From positions 864,001-928,000 of the forward strand of contig OZ220089.1 of NCBI GenBank assembly GCA_964291625.2: DNA of 64,000 nt. Reading direction: 5' to 3'. This document shows positions 1 through 10,134 of this stretch, piece after piece. Each line of letters begins with the position of its first letter. Positions within the stretch are counted from its first letter, which is position 1. This DNA comes from Candidatus Latescibacterota bacterium (GTDB lineage: Bacteria; Latescibacterota; UBA2968; UBA8231). A program made the translations under genes and the position numbers. The notes beneath the pieces are model-generated. The model was not told the DNA's origin and did not search any database. It was given only the letters and a program-made list of their open reading frames with translations.

Positions 1-1
1 C

Positions 2-79
2 TTCCGCGGCGGCATCTCCATCGGCGACTGCGTCACCGGCGCCGCGGAGGCGGCGCGGCGCATCGCCGCCCGCCTGTGA
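2..79 (+). CDS. 3' end of protoporphyrinogen/coproporphyrinogen oxidase (HemG/HemY), partial
   Basis: Frame 2 reads FRGGISIGDCVTGAAEAARRIAARL*, resembling the HemY C-terminal GGISxxDC motif; it lies directly upstream of hemA. Confidence 0.65.
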   Translation, partial: FRGGISIGDCVTGAAEAARRIAARL

Positions 80-161
80 CCGCTTTGCCGCCACCGGGGG
101 CAACCGGCATCTTTTGCGGCCCCGGCCGGTGCTGACGCCGGCCGCCCTGGCTGCTGACGCC

Positions 162-1427
162 GTGCGCCTGCTCACCTTCGGACTCAACCACACCACCGCC
201 CCCGTCGAGGTGCGGGAACGCCTCGCCTTCGCCGAGGGCGACCGGCCCGACTCGCTGCGCCGCCTGCGCGACGGTTACGGCCTCGCCGAGGCGGCGATCC
301 TGTCCACCTGCAACCGCTCCGAGATCTACGCCGCCGGCAACGGCTCCGGCTTCGAGGAGGTGCGCCGCTTCCTGGCCGAGGAGCGACGGGTCGACGTGGC
401 CGGCCTCTCTTCCTGCACCTACGAGTACCTCGACGGCGACGCCGCCGCCCACCTCTTCCGCGTGGCCTCCGGCATCGACTCCCTGGTCATCGGCGAGTCG
501 CAGATCCTCGGCCAGGTGCGCCAGTCCCTGGAGGCCTCGCAGGCCGCGGGATCGGCGCGGCTGGTGATCAACGAGGTCTTCCAGCGGGCCCTGCGCGTCG
601 GCAAGCGGGCCCGCGCCGAGACCGACATCGGCCGCGGCCACCTGTCGGTGAGCACCGCCGCGGTGGAGCTGGCGGGTCAGATCTTCGACGACCTGTCGTC
701 CCACGGCGCCCTGCTGATCGGCGCCGGGGAGATGATCGAGCTCACCGCCCGCTACCTGCTGGACACCGGGCTGACCCGCTTCGTCGTCGCCAACCGCACC
801 GCCGCCAACGCCGCGGAGCTGGCCCGCCGCTTCCAGGGCGAGGCCGTTTCCCTCGAGGCCGTGGGCGGGCGCCTCCTGGAGGCCGACATCGTCATCACCG
901 GGACCACCGCTCCCGGCTTCGTGATCGACACCGGCACCGTGGCCGCGGCCATGGCCGGGCGGCGGGGGCGCCCCCTGTTCCTCATCGACATCGCCGTGCC
1001 CCGCGACGTCGATCCCGAAGTGCGCGGCCTCGACAACGTCTTCCTCTTCGACATCGACGACCTCGAGAGCGTCGTCTCCTCCAACCGGCGGGAGCGCGAG
1101 GGCGAGATCCGCCGCGTGCAGGCCATCGTCGACGAGGAGCTGGGCGGCTTCCTCCACTGGTTCGGCTCCCTCGGCTCGGGCGACGTGATCCGCGCCCTCC
1201 AGCAGCACAGCTCGGAACTGCGGTCGACGGAGCTCCAGCGCTGGTCGGCGCGGCTCGGCCACCTGTCTGCGGAGGACCGCGCCCTCGTGGAGCGCATACT
1301 GCGGGACTACACCAACAAGCTGCTGCACCAGCCGCTGGTGCAGATCCGCGAGCTCTCGGCCGGGCCCGACGGCCACCTGCACCTGGAGACGGTGCGGCGC
1401 CTCTTCGACCTCGACGAGACCTCGTGA
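162..1427 (+). CDS. hemA: glutamyl-tRNA reductase
   Basis: GLNHTTAPVEVRE, LSTCNRSEIY, SGIDSLVIGESQILGQV, GAGEM and DIAVPRDVD motifs; GTG start at 162 chosen from the family N-terminus. Confidence 0.96.
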   Translation: MRLLTFGLNHTTAPVEVRERLAFAEGDRPDSLRRLRDGYGLAEAAILSTCNRSEIYAAGNGSGFEEVRRFLAEERRVDVAGLSSCTYEYLDGDAAAHLFRVASGIDSLVIGESQILGQVRQSLEASQAAGSARLVINEVFQRALRVGKRARAETDIGRGHLSVSTAAVELAGQIFDDLSSHGALLIGAGEMIELTARYLLDTGLTRFVVANRTAANAAELARRFQGEAVSLEAVGGRLLEADIVITGTTAPGFVIDTGTVAAAMAGRRGRPLFLIDIAVPRDVDPEVRGLDNVFLFDIDDLESVVSSNRREREGEIRRVQAIVDEELGGFLHWFGSLGSGDVIRALQQHSSELRSTELQRWSARLGHLSAEDRALVERILRDYTNKLLHQPLVQIRELSAGPDGHLHLETVRRLFDLDETS

Positions 1428-2230
1428 CCACCTCGTGCCTCGTATTCCTGGGGATCGCCCTGGCTCTCTACCTGTCGGCCTCCCTCGCCTTCCAGGGCCA
1501 CCTGTGGCTGGGCCATCACGCCTGGGAGCGCTGGGGCCGGCGGGGGTTGCAGACCGGCGTCGCCCTCCACGCTCTCGGCCTGCTGCTCCACGTCCTCTTC
1601 GCGCCGCCGCCCTGGCTGGCCAACATGACCTTCGTCATCTCCCTCGTGGTCATCGCCTTCGCCGCCGCCGGCCTGCTGCTGGAGCGCTTCACCCCCCTGC
1701 GCCACTTCAACCTCGTCCTGGCGCCCCTCGCCTTTCTCGGCACCCTCTACCCGCTGCTGATGCCGGTCCGCTTCGAGGAGTCGGCCTCCATCCTCCTGCG
1801 CTACCCGTGGCTCGGCACCCACGTCCTCACCACCCTCTTCGGACAGGTCGGCTTCGCCCTCTCCTTCTGCGCCGCCGCCGCCTACCTGCTGCAGAGCCGG
1901 GCCCTCAAGCGAGGCCGCCTGAACCGCTTCCTCCCCGCCCTCGACACGTCGGCGCACGTCGCCTTCCACGCCGCCGCGTGGGGCTTCTTCCTGTTCTCCA
2001 TGGGGCTGGCCATGGGGGCGGCGTGGATGTTCGGCGCCCCCGGCGAGTCGCTGCGCGCCCTGGACCCCAAGATCCTCCTCGCCCTGCCCACGTGGGGGTT
2101 CTTCGCCGCCTACCTCTACCTGCGCGGGGTGAGGGGCCGCCACGGCAGCCGCCTCAAGTGGCTGGTGATCACCGGTTTCAGCGTGGGCCTGGTGAACTAC
2201 CTCGTGGTGCCCCACCAGTTCGCCGGCTAG
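1424..2230 (+). CDS. cytochrome c assembly protein (CcsA/HemX-like membrane protein)
   Basis: About 8 hydrophobic helices, WLGTH and DPKILL motifs; GTGA overlap with the hemA stop. Confidence 0.8.
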   Translation: MTTSCLVFLGIALALYLSASLAFQGHLWLGHHAWERWGRRGLQTGVALHALGLLLHVLFAPPPWLANMTFVISLVVIAFAAAGLLLERFTPLRHFNLVLAPLAFLGTLYPLLMPVRFEESASILLRYPWLGTHVLTTLFGQVGFALSFCAAAAYLLQSRALKRGRLNRFLPALDTSAHVAFHAAAWGFFLFSMGLAMGAAWMFGAPGESLRALDPKILLALPTWGFFAAYLYLRGVRGRHGSRLKWLVITGFSVGLVNYLVVPHQFAG

Positions 2231-2241
2231 TCCCGCCCCCC

Positions 2242-2934
2242 TCAGGCGTACTCGATCTCCAGGGTGTCGAGGACGACGTAGCCCTCCGGCAGACGCGAAC
2301 GCCAGATGGGATAGTCGAGCCCCGCCCGCAGCCGGTGCGGGTCCCCGTCCACCGGTCCCATGGCCTCGACGGTGAGAGGAAAGAGGATCAGCAGGATATT
2401 GAGGTTCACGTCTCCGAGGATGCGCTCCAGGGGGCGCTCGCCGTAGGTCTCGCCGCGGCCGTGGCGGGTGCCGAGGCAGCGCCACAGGGCCGGGTCCGGG
2501 TCGAGGGTCACGGTGGGCTCGCTCCAGTCCTCGGTGACCGGGAAGGGCCGCCCCGTGCATACCCACCCCGAGGTCTTGCCGTCGCAGCGGCCCTGCCCCA
2601 GGAAGACCAGCTGCGAGCCCCGAGTCTCCAGCTCGCCGCGCAGGCGCAGGGTCACCCGGGCGCCGCGGTAGTCGGTGGGGAAGCCGCCGTCGATGAGGCT
2701 GTTGCGCCCGCCTGCGTCGAGGGTGCGCTCGTCCAGGGCGCCGCGGGTGTTGGAGCCGTAGAGGATGTTGAGGTACCCCGCGCCGGGAGGGGCGTGGTTG
2801 TAGTCGACCCACCAGGGGCTGCGCGAGGTCAGGGTGCCGGGCGCCCACTCCAGCCTGCGGGGGCCGCGGACGTTGTCCTCCCAGCCGCACCAGCCGGCGG
2901 GGCCGTCGTCGAAGGTCTCGGTGTACGTCGTCAT
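2242..2934 (-). CDS. hypothetical protein
   Basis: 230 aa ORF with host-like codon usage and a GGAG RBS, 3 nt downstream of the preceding gene; no recognised motif. Confidence 0.75.
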   Translation of the reverse strand: MTTYTETFDDGPAGWCGWEDNVRGPRRLEWAPGTLTSRSPWWVDYNHAPPGAGYLNILYGSNTRGALDERTLDAGGRNSLIDGGFPTDYRGARVTLRLRGELETRGSQLVFLGQGRCDGKTSGWVCTGRPFPVTEDWSEPTVTLDPDPALWRCLGTRHGRGETYGERPLERILGDVNLNILLILFPLTVEAMGPVDGDPHRLRAGLDYPIWRSRLPEGYVVLDTLEIEYA

Positions 2935-2937
2935 CTG

Positions 2938-3921
2938 TCACTCCTTCGGGCTGTGGGCCACGCCGATGTGCCGGTAGACGCCGGCGCGGTCGGACAGGAC
3001 CCTCCCGTCTCCGGCGCCGTAGAGGTTCCCGTGGTCCCGGGTGCAGTAGTACATCAGGTAGCGGTCCCCGTCGTCGAGGACGCAGGGCGTGGAGGTGTAG
3101 CGGCCGTCGAAGTCGTTGGGATCGCGCGTGGCGGGGAGGGCCGGCTCCTCCAGGTGGTGGGTCCAGCTCAGGCCGTCCTCCGAGGTGGAGCAGAAGATCT
3201 CGAAGAGGCTCTCGCCCACGTGGCAGGCGTACCACATGGTGTAGCCCCCGGGGTCCCGCATGACCCAGGGATAGATGACCGAGCGGCGGGTCTCCGTGGC
3301 CGACAGCATCGGCGCCGGGTCCCGCCTCCAGCTCAGTCCGTCGGCCGACTCGAAGCGGTAGAGGTGGCTCACACGCTTCTGGAAGTCGGCGCCCGTCTCG
3401 GGGGCCGAGTTCATCCACATGCGGTAGACTCCCGGCCCGTCCTTCATCACGAAGGGGCCGTGGCCCTCGGCGAAGATCGGCTCGGGATGGACCTCCCACT
3501 CCAGGCCGTCCGGGCTGGATGCGTAGCCCAGCTTCTGATCGATGTCGACGAGGCGGCCCTCGTCGCTGCGGCGCCCGGCGAGGCTGACGAACCACATGCG
3601 GAAGAGGCCCTCCTCCTCGTCGAAGATCACGTGGGGCGACCCCCAGGAGCTGCCGAAGGGCAGGTCCGCCGCCGTCAGGATGGGGTTGGCCTCGTGGGGC
3701 GTCCACGTCAGCCCGTCGGCGGACTCGGCGTACCCCAGGCACATGTCGGCGGTGCGCGTGGCGGTGCTGTTGCCGAGGTACCACATGCGGTAGCGGCCTT
3801 GCGCGAAGGCCACCGTCGGGTAGTAGAGCTGTACCCGGCACCAGGCCTGGTCCGTGGTCATGGCGGAGAGGACGGGCTGGTCCCGCCGCTTCCATCGCAG
3901 ACGGTGAAGGGGTGTGGTCAC
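2938..3921 (-). CDS. five-bladed beta-propeller glycoside hydrolase-like protein (GH43/32/130 clan-like)
   Basis: Repeated blades YRMWY...YAESADGLTW, FRMWF...YASSPDGLEW, YTMWY...STSEDGLSW; GTG start overlaps the MFS stop. Confidence 0.75.
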   Translation of the reverse strand: MTTPLHRLRWKRRDQPVLSAMTTDQAWCRVQLYYPTVAFAQGRYRMWYLGNSTATRTADMCLGYAESADGLTWTPHEANPILTAADLPFGSSWGSPHVIFDEEEGLFRMWFVSLAGRRSDEGRLVDIDQKLGYASSPDGLEWEVHPEPIFAEGHGPFVMKDGPGVYRMWMNSAPETGADFQKRVSHLYRFESADGLSWRRDPAPMLSATETRRSVIYPWVMRDPGGYTMWYACHVGESLFEIFCSTSEDGLSWTHHLEEPALPATRDPNDFDGRYTSTPCVLDDGDRYLMYYCTRDHGNLYGAGDGRVLSDRAGVYRHIGVAHSPKE

Positions 3922-5228
3922 GGTCGTCCTTTCTCTCCCCGCCGGGGGGGCCCTGCGAGGAGGAACACGAGGGCGGTGAGGGCGCCGAGGGCTGCGAAAG
4001 CCGCGAAGGCGGGGACGTAGCTCTCGCGGCCGGGAGCCGTGAGGTGGTCGAAGACGACGCCCGGCACGAGAGCGCCCACGGCCTGGCCGAAGGTGGTGAA
4101 GGGCTCGGTGGCGCCGCGGATGGCGCCCAGGGAGCGGCGCCCGAAGTAGTCGGCATAGGCCACGGGCGGCACCGTGAGCATGCCTCCCAGCCCGAAGCCG
4201 AAGACCGCGGAGCAGGCCAGCGCCTCGGCCGCCGTGTCGGCGCCGACGAAGAGGGCCGAACCCGCGGCCATGACCAGGGCCACGGCGGCCATGACGTAGC
4301 GGGGGGAGCAGGCCTCTACCACCCGGCCCCAGACCAGGCCGCCGATCCCCAGGAAGGCGGCGTTCAGGCTGATGGCCAGGCCCGCGGTGGCCGCGTCGAG
4401 GCCCTGATCGCGGAAGAAGGCCGCCGCGTGGGTGTTGGTCCCGGCCTGAATGAGAAAGAGGGCGCCCGTGCCGATGGCGAGGATCCACAAGGCCGGCGTT
4501 CGCACCGCCTCCGCCAGGGTCCACCCGGGCTCCTCCCGCCGCGGCGAGGGCGAGTCCTCCTGCGAGTCCACCCCGTCGCCATCGGGCCGCAGGTCCACGT
4601 CCTCGGGGCTTTCCGCCATCAGCAGCCAGGCTGGCAGCAGGGCCGCCCCCCACACCACCAGACCCAGCACCACCCAGGCCTCGCGCCAGCCGTCGCGGGC
4701 GATGATCACCGAGGCCAGCAGCGGGAAGAGGATCATCCCCGCCGAGTGGGTCGCCGACAGCATGCCGTTGACCCGCCCGCGCATGCGCACGAACCAGCGC
4801 GAGACGACCACCGACGTGGCGATGGGGACGGGGCTGGAGAAGATGACCCGGCCGGTGCCGTAGGCGAGGTAGAAGGCCCAGGGGACGGCGGCGCCGAAGA
4901 GGGTGACCGTGGCGGTGGCCCAGGCGAGGGAGATGGTGGCCAGACCGAGGACGAGGACGCTGAGGGTCAGGACGCTGCGCGCACCGAAGCGGTCCACCGC
5001 CCGGCCCACCGCCGGCGAGGCGAAGGTGGCCGCCAGCCCCCCCAGGCTGGCGGCGCCGGCGATCATCGTGCGGCTCCAGCCCAGCTCCTGCGACAGGGGG
5101 TAGACGAAGACGGCGATGGTCAGGCTCGCCGCGGCGTTGCGCACGAAGTTGGAGGTACCCGCCGAGAACAGGACCACCCAGCCGTAGTAGAAGGGGGTGC
5201 GCCGGGCCAGGAGGGGTGCGAGGTTCAC
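3918..5228 (-). CDS. MFS transporter (OFA/YbfB-like)
   Basis: FYYGWVV N-terminus, GRAVDRFGAR motif A, ADYFGRRSLGAIRG, about 12 TM helices. Confidence 0.9.
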   Translation of the reverse strand: MNLAPLLARRTPFYYGWVVLFSAGTSNFVRNAAASLTIAVFVYPLSQELGWSRTMIAGAASLGGLAATFASPAVGRAVDRFGARSVLTLSVLVLGLATISLAWATATVTLFGAAVPWAFYLAYGTGRVIFSSPVPIATSVVVSRWFVRMRGRVNGMLSATHSAGMILFPLLASVIIARDGWREAWVVLGLVVWGAALLPAWLLMAESPEDVDLRPDGDGVDSQEDSPSPRREEPGWTLAEAVRTPALWILAIGTGALFLIQAGTNTHAAAFFRDQGLDAATAGLAISLNAAFLGIGGLVWGRVVEACSPRYVMAAVALVMAAGSALFVGADTAAEALACSAVFGFGLGGMLTVPPVAYADYFGRRSLGAIRGATEPFTTFGQAVGALVPGVVFDHLTAPGRESYVPAFAAFAALGALTALVFLLAGPPRRGEKGRP

Positions 5229-5416
5229 GGGGATGGGGTCTTTCTTCGGCCCTTTTCGCCAGTTGGCCACACCTGGAAACCAGTCGGTTGACGCGGAGAG
5301 GACCTCAGTCCCCGCCGGGGCGTTCTCTCCTCGGCAGCAGTCGGGGCGTATTATAGCTTCCCACCGGGCACCCGTGCCCTTTGGCGAAGCTACCGTCTTG
5401 CCCTTGAGGAAGCTGC

Positions 5417-7492
5417 GTGACCTACCTCCCTGACCGAGCATTGGAGTTACTGAGATCGGGTACCGGGCAGCAGGATGCCGAGTTCCGCGAGGGCCAGGAA
5501 GATGCCATTGCCCACCTCGTGGAGAACCGGGGCCGACTGCTCCTGGTACAAAGGACCGGATGGGGCAAGAGTTTCGTCTACTTCATTGCGACCAAGTTGC
5601 TGCGCGAGGCCGGGGCCGGACCCGCCCTCCTGTTCTCGCCTCTGCTTGCCTTGATGCGCAACCAGATCGAGGCCGCCGTCCGAATGGGTGTTCGGGCCCT
5701 GCGCATCGCCTCAGACAACCAGGAGGACTGGACTGCCGCTGAGGAGCGTCTTGAGCGGGACGAGGTGGACATCCTGCTCATCTCCCCCGAGCGCCTCGGC
5801 AACGAGCGCTTTCGAACCGAGGTGTTGGCCCCGATCGCTGGGAGCATCGCCTTCCTGATCATCGACGAGGCCCACTGCATCTCGGATTGGGGCCACGATT
5901 TCAGACCTCACTATCGACTGATCGAGCGGGTTGCCCGGACGCTGCCCGCGAACCTCAGATTGCTCGCAACCACCGCCACCGCCAACCATCGTGTCATGCA
6001 GGATCTCCGCGCAGTGCTCGGCCCCGGCCTGGAGGTATTTCGAGGGGCTCTCAACCGTCCCTCGCTCATGCTTCAGACGATTCGGCTTCCCCGGCAATCG
6101 GAACGGATGGCGTGGCTTGCGGAGCAGGTCCCCCTTCTGCCTGGCCACGGAATCATCTATGCGCTGACCATCCGCGATGCGAACCAAGTCGCGGAGTGGC
6201 TGCGATCGCGGGGTGTCGAAGCTGAAGCCTACACCGGACAGGCGGGAGAGCGCCGGGAGGAGCTCGAGCGAGCGTTGCTCGACAACCGAGTGAAGGCTCT
6301 GGTAGCGACCACGGCCCTCGGAATGGGGTTCGACAAGCCGGATCTCGGCTTTGTGATTCACTATCAGAGTCCATCTTCGGTCGTCGCCTACTACCAGCAA
6401 GTGGGGCGCGCCGGACGTGCACTGGACGCTGCCTACGGCGTGCTGTTGAGTGGCGACGAAGAGACCGACATCGCGGACTATTTCATTCGCAGCGCCTTTC
6501 CGACGCGAGATGAAGTCCGGCAAGTGATCGAAGCGCTCGAGGGCGCTCTGGACGGCCTCTCTCTCCCGGAACTGCTTGGAGAGGTCAATGTCAGTCAGGG
6601 CCGTATCGAGAGGACGATTTCGCTGCTCTCGCTGGAGTCCCCGGCTCCCATCACGAAGGAGGGAACCAGGTGGCAGTTGACTGCCGCGAATCTCAGCGAA
6701 GAGTTCTGGCAACGGGCAGAACGTCTGACTCGCCTGCGACGCGAGGAACAGCGCCAGATGCAGCAATACGTGCGACTTGAGGCTGGACACATGGAATTCC
6801 TCATCCAGGCCCTGGATGGAGAGCCTGGAAGCATTCAGCAGCCGGACCTGCCGCTTCTCCCCGCCGAGGTCGCACAAAGTCTCTTGAGGGAATCGGTGGC
6901 CTTTCTGCGGCGGACCAGCCTGCCGGTCGATCCAAGACAGCGATGGCCCACCGGGGGATTGCCGCGATATGACGCTCGCGGGAACATCCCCGTGGAGCAC
7001 CGGCCAGAGCCCGGGAAGGCGCTCTGCATCTGGGGCGACGCGGGCTGGGGCGGGCTCGTCCGAACCGGGAAGTACCAAGAGGGCCGGTTTTCGGACGATC
7101 TTGTCGAGGCCTGCGCGGGTCTGATGAGACGGTGGGACCCGAGGCCGGCGCCGGATTGGGTGACCTGCATCCCGTCGCGCCGGCACCCCGGACTCCTCCC
7201 GGATTTCGCCGAACGGCTGGCGACGCAAGTGGGCCTCCCATTTCATCAGGTGATGGAGAAGGTCGAGGATCGCGCCGAACAGAAATCGATGGAGAACAGC
7301 ACGCAGCAGGCCCGTAACGTAGACGGCTCCCTCGTGGTTTCCGTGGAACCCCTGCCCCCGGGGCCGGTGCTGCTAGTGGACGACATGGTGGATTCTCGCT
7401 GGACCCTGACGGTCGCCGCATGGCTCCTGCGCCTGCATGGGAGTGGCAAGGTGTGGCCCCTTGTCCTCGCTTCGACGAGCCGCGGCGGATGA
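5417..7492 (+). CDS. RecQ-like helicase with C-terminal PRTase (ComF-like) domain, RqlH-like
   Basis: [43 protein letters not shown]; C-terminal [17 protein letters not shown]-binding motif. Confidence 0.92.
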   Translation: MTYLPDRALELLRSGTGQQDAEFREGQEDAIAHLVENRGRLLLVQRTGWGKSFVYFIATKLLREAGAGPALLFSPLLALMRNQIEAAVRMGVRALRIASDNQEDWTAAEERLERDEVDILLISPERLGNERFRTEVLAPIAGSIAFLIIDEAHCISDWGHDFRPHYRLIERVARTLPANLRLLATTATANHRVMQDLRAVLGPGLEVFRGALNRPSLMLQTIRLPRQSERMAWLAEQVPLLPGHGIIYALTIRDANQVAEWLRSRGVEAEAYTGQAGERREELERALLDNRVKALVATTALGMGFDKPDLGFVIHYQSPSSVVAYYQQVGRAGRALDAAYGVLLSGDEETDIADYFIRSAFPTRDEVRQVIEALEGALDGLSLPELLGEVNVSQGRIERTISLLSLESPAPITKEGTRWQLTAANLSEEFWQRAERLTRLRREEQRQMQQYVRLEAGHMEFLIQALDGEPGSIQQPDLPLLPAEVAQSLLRESVAFLRRTSLPVDPRQRWPTGGLPRYDARGNIPVEHRPEPGKALCIWGDAGWGGLVRTGKYQEGRFSDDLVEACAGLMRRWDPRPAPDWVTCIPSRRHPGLLPDFAERLATQVGLPFHQVMEKVEDRAEQKSMENSTQQARNVDGSLVVSVEPLPPGPVLLVDDMVDSRWTLTVAAWLLRLHGSGKVWPLVLASTSRGG

Positions 7493-8874
7493 GCGAGCTC
7501 TCTCCCAACGCGCAGGCGATTCTGCTGCTGACCGCCCCCCTGATCACCGGTCGCGGAAAGCCGTCCGCCGACCCGCTGACAGCCGCCGAATACCGCCTGC
7601 TGGCGCGCCGGCTCCGGGAACTGCAGCGGCAGCCCGCCGACCTTCTGACTCGTGACTCGAAGGCGATACTGAAAGACTGTCGTTTCGGTCGGGACCCGGA
7701 CCGGATCGAGCGGTTGCTCGACCGAGGGTTTCTGCTCAGTCAGGCGGTTGAGCGTTGGCGCACGCGGGCGATCTGGGTGGTGAGCCGGGCCGATGGCGCA
7801 TATCCCCGGCGCCTGAAGAAGCGTCTTGGTGAGGAGGCCCCCCCAATCCTCTACGGTTGCGGTGACCCCACAATCCTGGACGCGGGAGGTCTTGCGGTTG
7901 TCGGCTCACGCAAGGTGGACGACACGTTGATCGAATACACGGAAGGGATCGGGCGGCTTACGGCCGCAGCACAGCGCGCGCTGTATTCGGGAGGCGCACG
8001 CGGCATCGATCAGGCCGCGATGCGAGGAGCACTGGGGGCGGGTGGACGCGTGGCCGGCGTCCTGGGCGACAGCCTCGAAAAAGCAGTTGTGCGCAGGGAC
8101 TATCGCAATGCCCTGGTGAGCGAACAGTTGGCCTTGGTGTGCCCGTACGACCCGGCCGCCCGCTTCCAGGTGGGACATGCCATGAAACGAAACAAACTCA
8201 TCTATGCGCTGGCAGATGCGGCACTGGTGGTCAGCTCGGACTACGGGAAGGGAGGCACTTGGTCAGGAGCGGTCGAACAGCTAGACAAGCTGAAGCTCGT
8301 CCCGGTATACGTGCGCACCAACGAGGGATTGGATGAGGGTCTGGACGGGCTCCGAGAGCGCGGCGCCATTCCATGGCCGAATCCAAGGACTCCGGAGGCA
8401 CTGGAGGAGGGCTTGAGCGCACGACCGGTGTCGGAATACGGTGCACGGAATCCGGGGACACTGGCGCTAAGCGTTCGGGACGGCCTGGCGACGGAGCCCG
8501 CAACAACAGCGAAGTCTCTCCCGGTGGCCGGTTCGACGATGGCTGACGATTTGTACACCAAGGTGAGAGAGCTGGTCGAAGCCATGGACAGCCCCAGGAC
8601 CGAAGCGAGGGTTGCCGGCTATCTGCAGGTCTCCAGAACGCAGGCGAGAGTCTGGTTGACACGCTATATCGAGGAGGAGCTGAAGGTGCTGTTCGGACAC
8701 ACGGACACCTTCAAGACGGAGTCCGAAGTTGCCGAGGAACTTCAGGTCTCGAAGCATCAGGTCCGTGGTCACCTGAGGCGACTGGTCGAAGAAGGGGCCA
8801 TCGAGAAACTCTCCCGGCCGGACAGGTATCGCTCCACTTCCTCGATAGGTCCCCTCTTCGATGTGAAAGACTGA
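7489..8874 (+). CDS. DprA/Smf-family protein (RqlI-like) with C-terminal winged-helix repeats
   Basis: [39 protein letters not shown]; ATGA overlap with the helicase stop. Confidence 0.9.
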   Translation: MSELSPNAQAILLLTAPLITGRGKPSADPLTAAEYRLLARRLRELQRQPADLLTRDSKAILKDCRFGRDPDRIERLLDRGFLLSQAVERWRTRAIWVVSRADGAYPRRLKKRLGEEAPPILYGCGDPTILDAGGLAVVGSRKVDDTLIEYTEGIGRLTAAAQRALYSGGARGIDQAAMRGALGAGGRVAGVLGDSLEKAVVRRDYRNALVSEQLALVCPYDPAARFQVGHAMKRNKLIYALADAALVVSSDYGKGGTWSGAVEQLDKLKLVPVYVRTNEGLDEGLDGLRERGAIPWPNPRTPEALEEGLSARPVSEYGARNPGTLALSVRDGLATEPATTAKSLPVAGSTMADDLYTKVRELVEAMDSPRTEARVAGYLQVSRTQARVWLTRYIEEELKVLFGHTDTFKTESEVAEELQVSKHQVRGHLRRLVEEGAIEKLSRPDRYRSTSSIGPLFDVKD

Positions 8875-8891
8875 TGTCAAGGAAAGAACCC

Positions 8892-9293
8892 ATGGGCAAC
8901 AGGATCGACAGGACCGACGAGGAGTGGCGGCAGCTGCTGACGGACGAGCAGTACGCCATCCTGCGGCAGAAAGGCACGGAGCGGCCCTTCACGGGCGAGT
9001 ACTGCGACCACAAGGGCCGGGGCACCTACGTCTGCGCCGGCTGCCGGGCCCAGCTCTTCGCCTCCGGCGACAAGTTCGACTCCGGCAGCGGCTGGCCGAG
9101 CTTCACCGCGCCCCGGACCGAGGAGGGCGTGGACCTGGAGGCCGACCACAGCCACGGCATGACCCGCACCGAGGTGCTGTGCGCGCGCTGCGGCGGCCAC
9201 CTGGGTCACGTCTTCCCCGACGGCCCGGCGCCCACGGGGCTGCGCTACTGCATCAACTCGGCGGCCCTCGACTTCGAGGGGGAGGAAGGCTGA
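8892..9293 (+). CDS. msrB: peptide-methionine (R)-S-oxide reductase
   Basis: [35 protein letters not shown]. Confidence 0.96.
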   Translation: MGNRIDRTDEEWRQLLTDEQYAILRQKGTERPFTGEYCDHKGRGTYVCAGCRAQLFASGDKFDSGSGWPSFTAPRTEEGVDLEADHSHGMTRTEVLCARCGGHLGHVFPDGPAPTGLRYCINSAALDFEGEEG

Positions 9294-10033
9294 TGATCGT
9301 CGGCGACTTCGAAGCCTACATGCCCGAGGAGTTCGACGGCGCTCCCTACGGGCGGGACGGGATCCTGCGCACCATGGACGAGGCGGGAATCGACTTCTCC
9401 GTCGTCTTCCCCGGCGGCCTGCCGCCGGACCCGCGGGCGATCAACGCCGAGCTGCTGGCCGCCCTCGAGGGCGACGACCGCCTCCTGCCCGGCTGTCTGA
9501 TCAACCCGACCCTGGGGCCCCTGGCCGTGGACGAGCTGCGGCGCTGCGTCGACGCCGGGGCCCGCTCAATGAAGCTCATGGCCGCCGCCCACGGGTACCG
9601 CCTCGACGGCCCGGCGCCGGACGCGGTGATGGCCGCCGCCGCCGACCTCGGCCTCCCCGTGACCATCCACTCCGGCTCGGAGGTCTCGGGCTGCTCGCCG
9701 GCCTTCATCGGCGCCCTGGCCGGCCGCCACCCGGAGGTGACGATCATCATGGACCACATGGGATACCGCGAGTGGGTGGGCCTGGCCGTCGACGCGGCCT
9801 CGGCCAACCCGCGCATCTACCTGGGTACGACGCTGATCGCCGCGGCCGAGCCGATCACCATCAAGAAGATCATCCACGAGGGACGGGTGGGCGCCGGCCG
9901 CGTCGTCTTCGGCAGCAACGCCCCCAGCGGCGTGGCGGTCAACGGCGTGAGGGGGATCCGCGGCCTCGGCCTCGGCGCCGCGGACGAGGCGGCCGTCCTC
10001 GGGGGCAACCTGGCGGCGATCTACGGGGTGTGA
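9293..10033 (+). CDS. amidohydrolase_2 family protein
   Basis: LPVTIHSG, IMDHMG, VFGSNAP; TGATG coupling to msrB; the N-terminal HxH is replaced (DFEAY). Confidence 0.8.
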   Translation: MIVGDFEAYMPEEFDGAPYGRDGILRTMDEAGIDFSVVFPGGLPPDPRAINAELLAALEGDDRLLPGCLINPTLGPLAVDELRRCVDAGARSMKLMAAAHGYRLDGPAPDAVMAAAADLGLPVTIHSGSEVSGCSPAFIGALAGRHPEVTIIMDHMGYREWVGLAVDAASANPRIYLGTTLIAAAEPITIKKIIHEGRVGAGRVVFGSNAPSGVAVNGVRGIRGLGLGAADEAAVLGGNLAAIYGV

Positions 10034-10081
10034 GAGGAACGGACCTCCGCCGGGGCCAGGTCCCGGGGCGGGTTCCCAGAC

Positions 10082-10134
10082 ATTTCATACCTTGTAAATT
10101 GTTGGTCTGACTTCCATATTACAAGGCATGAAAT
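10082..10134 (+). promoter_or_regulatory. 16-bp inverted repeat operator over a putative sigma70 promoter and start codon
   Basis: ATTTCATACCTTGTAA (10082-10097) and TTACAAGGCATGAAAT (10119-10134), 15/16 complementary; TTGTAA-N17-CATATT lies 7 nt before the ATG. Confidence 0.7.

Noticed and set aside
8892-9293. Selenocysteine-containing MsrB
   Set aside because: The catalytic residue is a normal Cys codon (RYCINS); there is no in-frame TGA.
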